Position numbers and translations under genes: made by a program. From a virus, in IMG/VR virus record IMGVR_UViG_3300042691_008527, positions 9,888 to 73,887 of that record: a stretch of 64,000 bases of DNA; one strand, given 5' to 3'. Shown here one piece after another: positions 17,073-26,413 of the stretch. Each line of letters starts with the position of its first letter. Position 1 is the first letter of the stretch. The notes below the pieces were generated by a model, which was not told where the DNA came from, searched no databases, and saw only the letters and a program-made list of their open reading frames with translations.

Positions 17073-19103
17073 ATGTCAGAGTTCTTTTCTTTTCGTTTGC
17101 TAGATGAGTTTGTTTCAAAATATGAATCAACTCCCGCCCCATTTGGTTTTGCCGATGCAGGGGGTAACTCTTTAGGAGAAATTACGTTTATTCGTACATA
17201 TTCTCGTGTAAAGGAGGATGGCACAAAGGAAAAATGGCATGAGGTATGTCGTCGTGTTATTGAAGGCATGTATTCAGTTCAAAAAAATCACGCTAAAGAA
17301 AATCGTTTGCCTTGGAATGATAATAAGGCTCAGAAGTCTGCTCAGGAAGCCTATGATCGTATGTTTAATCTTAAGTGGACTCCCCCAGGTCGTGGCCTAT
17401 GGGCATTTGGTACCCCTATGACAATGGAGAAGCGTAACTCTGCTTCTCTACAAAACTGCGCTATGGTCTCTACTCGTGACCTTGATAGAAATGATCCAGG
17501 GGCATTATTTGCTTGGGTTATGGATGCTTTAATGCTTGGTATTGGTGTTGGGTTTGATACTGTTGGTCAGGATAAGGATCTTCTTATCTATGCCCCCACA
17601 GAACCAGCGGTAGTGTATGAAATCCCAGACACAAGAGAAGGATGGGTAGAAGCAACAAGACTGCTTATAAACTCATTTTTAAGGCAAAATCAGCCTATAC
17701 AGGATTTTGACTATAGCCTTATCCGACCCATGGGTGCCCCAATTAAGGGCTTCGGAGGCGTTGCAAGCGGTCCACAACCACTCATTGACCTCCATACACG
17801 GATTCGTAAAGTTATTGGCTCCAGAGCTGGAGAAAAGCTAGACTCTCGTGCAATTGTTGATATCGTAAATCTTATTGGAACATGTGTTGTTTCTGGAAAT
17901 GTTCGTAGATCAGCAACTCTTGCTTTAGGTGCTGCTGGCGATGATGCATTTATTAATCTTAAGAATGCAGAAATATTCCCAGATCGTAACTCGTTTGATC
18001 CAGAAAATCCAGGGTGGGCATGGATGTCAAATAATTCTATCTCTGCTACTGTAGGAACAAAGTATGAAGACTATGTTGATCTTATTGCAAATAATGGAGA
18101 GCCAGGTTTTATTTGGCTTGATGTTGCTCGTAATTTTGGTCGCCTTGCAGATCCAGCAGATGGAAAAGACTATCGTGTTATGGGATTCAACCCATGTGCT
18201 GAACAGCCACTAGAATCATATGAGCTTTGTACTCTAGTTGAGGTTCATCTTAATAGGCATGACTCAAAAGAAGACTTTCTACGAACATTAAAATTTGCAT
18301 ATTTGTATGGCAAGACGGTAACTCTTATGCCTACACACTGGCCTACAACAAATGGCATTATGCAGCGCAATCGTCGTATTGGAACATCTCTTACTGGTAT
18401 TGCATCTTTTGCAGATACCCACGGTATGCCAACGACTCGTGAATGGATGGATGAGGGATATAAGACCATCCGTAAATACGATCACTCATATTCTGAGTGG
18501 CTTTGTGTTCGTGAATCAATTCGTGTTACAACCGTAAAGCCATCTGGCTCTGTCTCAATTCTTTCTGGTGCTACCCCTGGAGTTCACTGGGGACCTGGAG
18601 GAAACTACTTCCTTCGTGCCATTAGATTTGGTGATGCAGATCCTATGCTTCATTTATTTAAAGCCGCAGGGTACAAGATTGAAAAAGATCTAGTATCTGC
18701 CAATACTCAAGTAGTATATTTCCCAGTAGCATCTGGACATCCAAGATCAGAAAAAGATGTAAGCCTATTTGAAAAAATTGGTCTTGCTGCCAGCACACAA
18801 AAATATTGGTCAGATAATGGTGTTTCTGTCACATTATCTTTTGATAAAGAAACAGAGACTAAGCACATTGCTCCAGCTCTTCATATGTACGAAGGGCAGC
18901 TAAAAGCAGTTTCATTCTTGCCAATGGGCAACACTGTTTATCCTCAGCAACCATATACTCAAATTACAAAAGAAGAGTATGAGTCATATATCGGAAAGAT
19001 TGCAAAGATTAATTTTAATGCAATTTACGACGGTGTTGAAAATCTTGAGGCTCAGGGAGAAATGTACTGCACTACAGATGCATGTGAGATAAAAATATCT
19101 TAA
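17073..19103 (+). CDS. nrdJ: Class II (adenosylcobalamin-dependent) ribonucleotide reductase, monomeric RTPR type
   Basis: PPGRGLW, GNVRRSA, NPCAE active-site loop, TTVKPSGSVS, C-terminal CTTDAC. Confidence 0.92.
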   Translation: MSEFFSFRLLDEFVSKYESTPAPFGFADAGGNSLGEITFIRTYSRVKEDGTKEKWHEVCRRVIEGMYSVQKNHAKENRLPWNDNKAQKSAQEAYDRMFNLKWTPPGRGLWAFGTPMTMEKRNSASLQNCAMVSTRDLDRNDPGALFAWVMDALMLGIGVGFDTVGQDKDLLIYAPTEPAVVYEIPDTREGWVEATRLLINSFLRQNQPIQDFDYSLIRPMGAPIKGFGGVASGPQPLIDLHTRIRKVIGSRAGEKLDSRAIVDIVNLIGTCVVSGNVRRSATLALGAAGDDAFINLKNAEIFPDRNSFDPENPGWAWMSNNSISATVGTKYEDYVDLIANNGEPGFIWLDVARNFGRLADPADGKDYRVMGFNPCAEQPLESYELCTLVEVHLNRHDSKEDFLRTLKFAYLYGKTVTLMPTHWPTTNGIMQRNRRIGTSLTGIASFADTHGMPTTREWMDEGYKTIRKYDHSYSEWLCVRESIRVTTVKPSGSVSILSGATPGVHWGPGGNYFLRAIRFGDADPMLHLFKAAGYKIEKDLVSANTQVVYFPVASGHPRSEKDVSLFEKIGLAASTQKYWSDNGVSVTLSFDKETETKHIAPALHMYEGQLKAVSFLPMGNTVYPQQPYTQITKEEYESYIGKIAKINFNAIYDGVENLEAQGEMYCTTDACEIKIS

Positions 19104-19106
19104 GCA

Positions 19107-19115
19107 TGGTAAAAT
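19107..19115 (+). promoter_or_regulatory. Extended -10 promoter (TGG-TAAAAT)
   Basis: Intergenic, upstream of AGGAG SD. Confidence 0.55.
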
Positions 19116-19129
19116 AGGGTAGGAGCAAA

Positions 19130-22100
19130 ATGACTATCCAATCTAACCTGTATGTAGAAAAAGTAAATTCGGAGCATCCGCTTGCAGTATGGATGCTTAA
19201 TGATCAGCTTGACTATATTCAGTTAGTTACTGAGGCTGAAAGATACTTTGAAGACTCTGGAGAGTGGACATTAACAAATGCCACGGCATCAGCAGAACCA
19301 TTAAGCTCAAATACTCCATTTAGGGATAGTCACTCAAGTAGAATAATTGGCTCTGTTCCATCTGGGCCAACTATGACTATACAAGCCCTTAGTGTATTTG
19401 AACAGGACCTAGCAGATTATAATAATGATCTTGCTAATTTTGCTATGGCATTTCATATATATTTTGATACAACATATCAAACATCTCTAACTTATGGGTA
19501 TCAATATTATGATCCAATCTCATTACTTACTGTTGAGGTAACAACATCTGATAGTCTTAACTCATCAGATTCTAATATATGGAAGTTTTTTTCTCATACT
19601 TTTGAAAATCCTCCAGCAACAGCTCAAAATATAAAATTAATTATTAGAGTTAATGTTGACTCTGGTGGATCTGCTGGAGAATATGATTTTATTATAAACG
19701 GATTAACTCTAGGTCAATGGTCAGAAGAATTTAATAGAACTTCTTTGGGTGTAAATCCAACACCTCTACCAGCAGGAATTGCATTCAATGGTTCTCCAGA
19801 CTGTATAGAGGCTCTTCCATATGGAACATCCTCCCTGAGTGGATACTATATAGCGCATGATGATAAGTTGTATGCAATTAACTATGGCATTCCTTTAGTT
19901 TATGGATCATCAAATGTGACTAGAACTGCCCCACATGAACACAGCGGTGAGTATTGGCCAAGCGTTATTTTTCCAGGGTACGGATTTTTAAATGAACGTG
20001 GCAAGTTTAATGAATATACAGTAGAGATGTGGGTAAGTCTTAATAGTGATGCAATTGCTCCAAGAAAATTTTTCGGTCCAATTACTGGCAATGATGGCTT
20101 GTATGTAGAAGATGGATTCTTGACAATGGTTGTTGGCAAAAACTTTGGATCTTACTTTGTTGGCGAGTGGTCTAGGCCAATGCTTATTCAAATACGATAT
20201 GTACAAAATAATATATCTATGCTTGTAAATGGTGAGCAGGTTGTATCTTTTGATTTTGTTGAGTCAGACTTAATTCTTCCAGATGAATATAATTCTTCTA
20301 ATGAAAGCCAAGATTGGTTAGCATTTTACTCCTATGAAGACTTAAGGAATATTGATATTGACTCTTTTGCCATTTATCCATATTCTGTGCCAGTTGAAGT
20401 AGCAAAACGTAGGTGGGTTTGGGGTCAGGGTGTGGTAGCTCCAGAAACTACTAATGCATCTCTTAATGCTACTACAGCTTTTAACGATTATGCATTTGCC
20501 GACTATTCTGTAAACTATAATTATCCAGACTTTGCTTCATGGAGGCAGGCATATTTTTCTAATGTTGAAACATCTTCAAATTATCTTAGTCTTCCAAATT
20601 ATGCAAAGCCAGAGGTGTATACTCAAGATTTTACAGAGCAAGAGTGGTATGATGATAATCAAGCTGCACAAACATCGAATGCTTTGAAGTATTATACCTT
20701 TAGACCAAATGCTGGATGGAACTCAAAAACCTGCTATATCTACTTTGATAATTTTGCAGTATTAAATGATCGGGTAGAGTCATTTTATGGAATATTTGAG
20801 TCTGATGGAACATCTGTAAATGAGCCGTTATTTAAAATACAAAACACAGTAACCAAAGATTATTTAACGTGTAGTATCAATTCAACAACTGTTACATATA
20901 CTATAAATATAAGTGGAACAAATACTACACTAGCAACTAAAACAATTACCGCCAATAATAAATTTGTTGTTGGTTTTAATATTCCACTGCTTTCATTGAG
21001 AGCAATAACTGGAATTAATAAATTCTTTACAAACCAATCCTTGCTTAATCTTTATGTTCATGGCGATGGTACTACAACATTTAAAGGCAAAGGATATGCT
21101 ATAGGCTTTAATAATGTTTATAATAATAAAAAAATACAGAATGCTTATGACTCTACTGGTATTTTTAAAATATCTGATACCGAATCAATAACAAATGCTG
21201 TAGCATCCAATAATCAGATAACGTTTACAGCAAACAATACTTTTATTTTAGGAGACAAGGTTACAACGTCTGGTGTAACATCCTCGCCAGCTGGAAACTT
21301 TAATTTATCAGATCAAACCATAGTAAAAAGATCAGATGCCAACTTTATAATTTCTAATGCTGCAACCGGAACTTATACGTCTGGAGGTACAGCCACGGTA
21401 TCTCAAGAAAACAGAGCAATGAATATCCTAAACTATAAGGCAAACTATACCTTTATCCCATTGGAACAATATAATATATTTTTTACTGACATTGCTGTAT
21501 CTGGATATTGGGAAGACTATATGCCATTGTCATATTTTGGCAGGTTTACTGAAGACTATGATGGAGAAACATACTACGATGTTGACTCAATTCAGGTAAA
21601 TCTTGATTACCCAGAACCTTTAGAGATTGACTCTATCGAATCTACAGCTTCGTGGATATATAGTGACCTTGAAGCAAGATATGATTCTCCAGTTCAGCAA
21701 ACATATTCTGAGTTAGATAATAACGTTTATTCTGGCTGGGATGATTATGAAGATATGGAAGAAGATTCTACTAAATATTATTATTATCCTACAACAGATA
21801 ATACAGTTAGGTCGTTTGTTTCATTTCAAAGAATTTCTCAGGGTGTAAATAAAAAACTAATAGATTTTGAAAACTTTGATGTGGCACGAGTAAAGGGAGT
21901 TGTTGATCCAAGCCTTGTTTCAACTCCATGGGAAACCACAGCCTTTGAGTTTGTTGACGGCTCTGTTATTTATCCACCTACCGTTGATCAAAACAACGAT
22001 CCAGTTGACTTTAATGATTTAGCTCTCGTATATCATTTAGATTTTAATTGTCAGGGTATCGTGCATCATCCAATTATATTTAGAGAGCTTCAATTTGCAT

Positions 22101-23008
22101 CAGAAGTTCTAGAAAGACAAGAGTTTACTCCAATAGGAACAAAGTTTGGTGCACAGGTCTACCCATATAGCCGCCTTGGTCTTTATTTTAATTTTAAAGA
22201 AAAAAATCCAATATCTATTTATAAAGGAAGCACCCCACACTTATATCTAAATAGACACTCTGGTTGGAGAATACGTGGAGACTTCAATTTCTTAGTTGAT
22301 AGAGGGGTATCATTGCCAGTAAATCCACAAGGAGGTATTGATATAGACGTAAGTGCTATTCAGATGTGGATTCGTTTTGCAGACAGGGTATTTCCAACTG
22401 CTGATCTAGAAATATTTTCTATAGATTTTAAAGATGCTATTTATGATTTTTATATTCATGCAGATGAAAGCACACAGCGTGGATATATTTATGCAAAGAA
22501 TAGAGAAACTAGTGCGATAGTGGATACTATTCAGTATTATGTTAATGGTCAATATGTGGATACCCCATATATTGTAAACGAACAATGGACAGTCCTTGGT
22601 ATGTCGTTTCCTGCATTGCTCAGCTTTGATTCCTATGTTGGAAGAATTAATCTAAATGGCCCACTGACATATAATAATATTTCTTATTATTTATCAACTA
22701 ATCTCCAGCAAACCCAGCAGGTTATTTCTAGAATCTGGGGAGACGTAAATAATGAAACATGGAACTATTGGAAGAACCTTCCTATCATAGAGCCTGACGG
22801 ATCTACACATTTAGCATATTGGAATAATATTAGTGTACTTAGTTCTACAAATATTTATGATATTAATCCAGAATTTATCTATAAAAAGTATGTTGGAACT
22901 GATCGAATAATAATTGATGACAATAGTGGCCCCCTGTCGCTTGAACCAGAAGAATTTACATTCTATAATGAGGTAATTTGGTCAACTTCAGTATCTAACG
23001 CTGTATAA
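19130..23008 (+). CDS. Large virion protein with LamG/ConA-like domains
   Basis: 1292 aa; HPLAVWMLND, YTVEMWV..MLVNGEQV..IDSFAIYPY LamG-like signatures. Confidence 0.6.
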   Translation: MTIQSNLYVEKVNSEHPLAVWMLNDQLDYIQLVTEAERYFEDSGEWTLTNATASAEPLSSNTPFRDSHSSRIIGSVPSGPTMTIQALSVFEQDLADYNNDLANFAMAFHIYFDTTYQTSLTYGYQYYDPISLLTVEVTTSDSLNSSDSNIWKFFSHTFENPPATAQNIKLIIRVNVDSGGSAGEYDFIINGLTLGQWSEEFNRTSLGVNPTPLPAGIAFNGSPDCIEALPYGTSSLSGYYIAHDDKLYAINYGIPLVYGSSNVTRTAPHEHSGEYWPSVIFPGYGFLNERGKFNEYTVEMWVSLNSDAIAPRKFFGPITGNDGLYVEDGFLTMVVGKNFGSYFVGEWSRPMLIQIRYVQNNISMLVNGEQVVSFDFVESDLILPDEYNSSNESQDWLAFYSYEDLRNIDIDSFAIYPYSVPVEVAKRRWVWGQGVVAPETTNASLNATTAFNDYAFADYSVNYNYPDFASWRQAYFSNVETSSNYLSLPNYAKPEVYTQDFTEQEWYDDNQAAQTSNALKYYTFRPNAGWNSKTCYIYFDNFAVLNDRVESFYGIFESDGTSVNEPLFKIQNTVTKDYLTCSINSTTVTYTINISGTNTTLATKTITANNKFVVGFNIPLLSLRAITGINKFFTNQSLLNLYVHGDGTTTFKGKGYAIGFNNVYNNKKIQNAYDSTGIFKISDTESITNAVASNNQITFTANNTFILGDKVTTSGVTSSPAGNFNLSDQTIVKRSDANFIISNAATGTYTSGGTATVSQENRAMNILNYKANYTFIPLEQYNIFFTDIAVSGYWEDYMPLSYFGRFTEDYDGETYYDVDSIQVNLDYPEPLEIDSIESTASWIYSDLEARYDSPVQQTYSELDNNVYSGWDDYEDMEEDSTKYYYYPTTDNTVRSFVSFQRISQGVNKKLIDFENFDVARVKGVVDPSLVSTPWETTAFEFVDGSVIYPPTVDQNNDPVDFNDLALVYHLDFNCQGIVHHPIIFRELQFASEVLERQEFTPIGTKFGAQVYPYSRLGLYFNFKEKNPISIYKGSTPHLYLNRHSGWRIRGDFNFLVDRGVSLPVNPQGGIDIDVSAIQMWIRFADRVFPTADLEIFSIDFKDAIYDFYIHADESTQRGYIYAKNRETSAIVDTIQYYVNGQYVDTPYIVNEQWTVLGMSFPALLSFDSYVGRINLNGPLTYNNISYYLSTNLQQTQQVISRIWGDVNNETWNYWKNLPIIEPDGSTHLAYWNNISVLSSTNIYDINPEFIYKKYVGTDRIIIDDNSGPLSLEPEEFTFYNEVIWSTSVSNAV

Positions 23009-23010
23009 TC

Positions 23011-23019
23011 TGGTATACT
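23011..23019 (+). promoter_or_regulatory. Extended -10 promoter (TGG-TATACT), leaderless start at 23027
   Basis: 7 nt before ATG 23027. Confidence 0.6.
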
Positions 23020-23026
23020 TGTGGTT

Positions 23027-23425
23027 ATGAATCCGCTTATTAGTCAAAAAACTGGTAAACCACTTGTTAGTAATGTCAGAAAAAAAGTTATTGATAAGAG
23101 CTATGACTGGGGTCTATATGTATATAAGAAGTCTACTGGAAAATGGTTTACAGACGGAGAAGGAAATGTTTTAAATATCCCTTCAATGAAAGGTGATATT
23201 TCTAAAATTTCAGAACTTAAGAAAGCCGCTATGCACTACGGAGATGATGGTCAGGGTGAAGCAATATTTGTTCCAGGCCTTACCAGGATTTCAGATGAAG
23301 AATATACAGAGCAAATGGAAAGAATGAAGCAAGGCTTAATCCCATCCATGAATGATCTCGGTGCTTGGCATGCTGCACAACAAACTTTAGACACACACGG
23401 GAGAGATATTTACGAAAATGGATAG
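23027..23425 (+). CDS. Hypothetical protein upstream of portal
   Basis: ORF overlapping portal start; ATG 23027 preferred over GTG 23021. Confidence 0.6.
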   Translation: MNPLISQKTGKPLVSNVRKKVIDKSYDWGLYVYKKSTGKWFTDGEGNVLNIPSMKGDISKISELKKAAMHYGDDGQGEAIFVPGLTRISDEEYTEQMERMKQGLIPSMNDLGAWHAAQQTLDTHGRDIYENG

Positions 23426-25031
23426 AGACTACAATTATATTGAAGCTAGCATAAATACTCAGTCTGAAGATGACAATATTTTTAGGGGTCAGGATCCGTT
23501 TAGCAAAAGCTGGTCAGACCTAAAAGAACTAACTGGTATGGACGCTAATTTTAAGCGTAGAACTGTTAGGAGTATGTCAAAATATGTTAATACTACTAAT
23601 CCATCTCCAAAGTATTTAGAAGATGCACTTAGCACTTCCACTGGTCGGGATGGTACAAAGTCTAAGCAACTAAATCCAGGAACAATATATCAAAACGGAT
23701 ATGGCATGTTTGATGTTATTACCCCACCATATAATATGTATGAGCTTTCTAGCTTTTATGATACATCTTTTGCCAACCATGCAGCTATTGATGCTAAGGT
23801 AGAAAATACAGTAGGCCTTGGATATCGCTTTGATCTAACAGATAAAACAATGCTTAGGTTTGAAATGAATGACGATGCAGATGCAGTAAATCGTGCAAGA
23901 AAGCGCATTGAAAGACTTAAGATCGAACTTCGTGATTGGCTTGAATCATTAAATGATGATGATAGTTTTCAGAAGACAATGGAAAAGTTTTATACAGATG
24001 TTCAAGCTACTGGAAATGGATATCTTGAAATAGGTCGTACAGTAAGTGGAGAAATCGGATATGTTGGTCATATCCCTGCAACTACGGTTCGTGTTCGCAG
24101 ACTTAGGGATGGTTTCGTTCAGATTATTGGTCAGAAGCTAGTTTACTTCCGTAATTTTGGAGCTACAAACACTAATCCAATAACATCAGATCCAAGACCA
24201 AATGAAATTATCCATTATAAAGAGTACTCCCCATTAAACACATTCTATGGTGTTCCAGATATTATTGCTGCTATGCCATCTTTAATTGGTGACTCTCTTG
24301 CTGCACAATATAATATTGATTATTTCCAAAATAAAGCGGTTCCACGATATGTCATCGTAACTAAGGGAGCAAAACTCTCTGCCGATGCAGAAGATAAAAT
24401 GTTTAGATTTTTGCAGACTGGGTTAAAGGCTCAAAATCACAGGACTCTGTATATTCCACTTCCTGGCGATACCGATAATAGCAAGGTAGAGTTTAAGATG
24501 GAGCCTATTGAAAACGGTATACAAGAAGGTTCATTTAAAGAATACCGTAAACAAAATCGTGATGATATTTTAATTGCACATCAAGTTCCTATCTCTAAAC
24601 TTGGTGGAGCGGAGTCTGGTGCTATTGCTGCTGCTTTAGCACAAGATAGAACATTCAAAGAGCAAGTATCTAGACCAGCACAGAAGCATTTAGAAAAGGT
24701 AGTAAATAAGATTATTCGTGAAAAAACAGATATTCTTGATCTTAAATTTAATGAACTTACTTTGACTGATGAAATTACACAATCTCAAATTATTGAAAGA
24801 TATGTAAAGGCTCAGGTTATGACTCCAAACGAAGCTCGTGAAAAGCTAGATCTTCCACAGAGGCCAGATGGTGACGATCCATTCGTAATGTCCTCAAGGG
24901 AAGCAGCTGATGCTAGAGCAAATTTTGCTGGGAATCGTGAAAGAGACTCTGAAAGAACAAATAATCAATCAGATGGCGAGGCCACTATATCTGGAAGAAA
25001 TCCACAGGGAGAGGGTCGTTCATCCACATAA
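23418..25031 (+). CDS. Portal protein
   Basis: TGNGYLEI, NEIIHYK..YGVP, YFQNKAVP, DILIAHQVP, MTPNEAREKLDLP motifs. Confidence 0.9.
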   Translation: MDRDYNYIEASINTQSEDDNIFRGQDPFSKSWSDLKELTGMDANFKRRTVRSMSKYVNTTNPSPKYLEDALSTSTGRDGTKSKQLNPGTIYQNGYGMFDVITPPYNMYELSSFYDTSFANHAAIDAKVENTVGLGYRFDLTDKTMLRFEMNDDADAVNRARKRIERLKIELRDWLESLNDDDSFQKTMEKFYTDVQATGNGYLEIGRTVSGEIGYVGHIPATTVRVRRLRDGFVQIIGQKLVYFRNFGATNTNPITSDPRPNEIIHYKEYSPLNTFYGVPDIIAAMPSLIGDSLAAQYNIDYFQNKAVPRYVIVTKGAKLSADAEDKMFRFLQTGLKAQNHRTLYIPLPGDTDNSKVEFKMEPIENGIQEGSFKEYRKQNRDDILIAHQVPISKLGGAESGAIAAALAQDRTFKEQVSRPAQKHLEKVVNKIIREKTDILDLKFNELTLTDEITQSQIIERYVKAQVMTPNEAREKLDLPQRPDGDDPFVMSSREAADARANFAGNRERDSERTNNQSDGEATISGRNPQGEGRSST

Positions 25032-25056
25032 TTATCCACATATTGGATAAAATATT

Positions 25057-25065
25057 TGGTATAAT
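25057..25065 (+). promoter_or_regulatory. Extended -10 promoter (TGG-TATAAT)
   Basis: 9 nt before ATG 25075, no SD. Confidence 0.65.
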
Positions 25066-25074
25066 TGGTTTGAT

Positions 25075-26391
25075 ATGAATATCAATAAAGCACACTGGGT
25101 TACTGAAGGAGATAATGTCCGTCTATCAATGCCTATTGGCAAGGTAGATGTTGAGCGTAGAATAGTATCTGGTTTTGCAACACTAGACAATATTGATAAG
25201 CAAGGCGATATTGTTACTACAGAAGCTAGCCTAGATGCATTTAGAAAATTTCGTGGCAATCTTCGTGAAATGCATCAACCATTAGCGGTTGGAAAAGTTT
25301 TATCTTTTAAGGAGGATCGCTACTTTGATCCAAATACAAAAAAGTTTTATAGTGGTGTTTATGTTTCATCATATATATCAAAGGGTGCACAAGATACTTG
25401 GGAAAAAGTTCTTGATGGAACACTAACTGGTTTTTCTATCGGCGGGAATATTACAAAGTCCGATGACTCATATGATGATAAGCTAGACAAGTCAATTAGA
25501 ATTATTAAAGAATATGATCTACACGAGTTATCATTAGTAGATAATCCTGCAAACCAATTTGCCAATGTCGTTTCTATTGAAAAGGTAAATGGAGAAACTA
25601 AGATGGGTGGATACCTTTCAAAGGCAGAAATTGAAAATGTTTTCTGGGATCAAGATAATGATGTTGTTCTTGTGTCAGCAGCTGATAATGAAGTAAGTCC
25701 ACACTCTGGTAAGCCTATGCAGAATATTGGTTTTGTTGAAAAAAGTGATTCAGATAATGTAGAAATAATAAAGTTCTTAGTTGATAGTGCAAAAGGCATT
25801 AAGACAATTAAGATGCAAAAGGAGGAAAGTCCTATGACAGAAGAAACAACAACAGAAGCAGTTGCTACAGAAGTTACTGCAGAAGAAGTAGTTGAAAATG
25901 TTGAGGTCGCTCCAGAGGCACAGCCAGCAGAAGCTACAGATCCTGTGGTTGAAGAAGCTGCTGCTCCTGCTGAAGAAGGTGCTCCTTCTGAAGAGCCTGC
26001 AGTTGAACCTGCAGCTCCAGAAGTCACAGAGAGTGCAGATGTTGCAAAATCCGAACAGGCTATCGCTGACGCCGTTGCAGACATCAAAAATTCTCTTACT
26101 AATGCCTTTGGCGATCTAGCAGCAACCGTTAAGTCAATTAACGATAAAGTTGCTGAGTTAAGCAAGTCCCTTGCAGATGTAACAACAAGTGTTGCTGCGG
26201 TAACAACTGAAGTTACAGGTGTAAAGAACGGCTTTAACGAGTTTGGCAAGCGTGTCGATAAAGTTGAGGCTGACACAGCTTTCCGCAAGTCTGGCGATCT
26301 TGGCGAGATCGTTCAGGAATTGGTGGAAACACCAGTTCAAAAATCCCTATGGGGCGGTCGTTTCCTCAAAAATACCGACCTATTTAATTAA
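25075..26391 (+). CDS. HK97-type prohead protease fused to scaffold
   Basis: VSGFAT..DKQGD, REMH, GFSIGG, ELSLVDNPAN; acidic linker and coiled-coil C-terminus. Confidence 0.88.
   Translation: MNINKAHWVTEGDNVRLSMPIGKVDVERRIVSGFATLDNIDKQGDIVTTEASLDAFRKFRGNLREMHQPLAVGKVLSFKEDRYFDPNTKKFYSGVYVSSYISKGAQDTWEKVLDGTLTGFSIGGNITKSDDSYDDKLDKSIRIIKEYDLHELSLVDNPANQFANVVSIEKVNGETKMGGYLSKAEIENVFWDQDNDVVLVSAADNEVSPHSGKPMQNIGFVEKSDSDNVEIIKFLVDSAKGIKTIKMQKEESPMTEETTTEAVATEVTAEEVVENVEVAPEAQPAEATDPVVEEAAAPAEEGAPSEEPAVEPAAPEVTESADVAKSEQAIADAVADIKNSLTNAFGDLAATVKSINDKVAELSKSLADVTTSVAAVTTEVTGVKNGFNEFGKRVDKVEADTAFRKSGDLGEIVQELVETPVQKSLWGGRFLKNTDLFN
25834..26391 (+). CDS. Nested in-frame scaffolding protein (internal start)
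   Basis: AAGGAGG at 25819-25825, in-frame ATG at 25834. Confidence 0.6.
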   Translation: MTEETTTEAVATEVTAEEVVENVEVAPEAQPAEATDPVVEEAAAPAEEGAPSEEPAVEPAAPEVTESADVAKSEQAIADAVADIKNSLTNAFGDLAATVKSINDKVAELSKSLADVTTSVAAVTTEVTGVKNGFNEFGKRVDKVEADTAFRKSGDLGEIVQELVETPVQKSLWGGRFLKNTDLFN

Positions 26392-26413
26392 AAATCACTA
26401 GGAGGTGAAATAT

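Noticed and set aside
25650-26288. 212-aa antisense ORF opposite the scaffold region
   Set aside because: Shadow of biased codon usage; no expression signals
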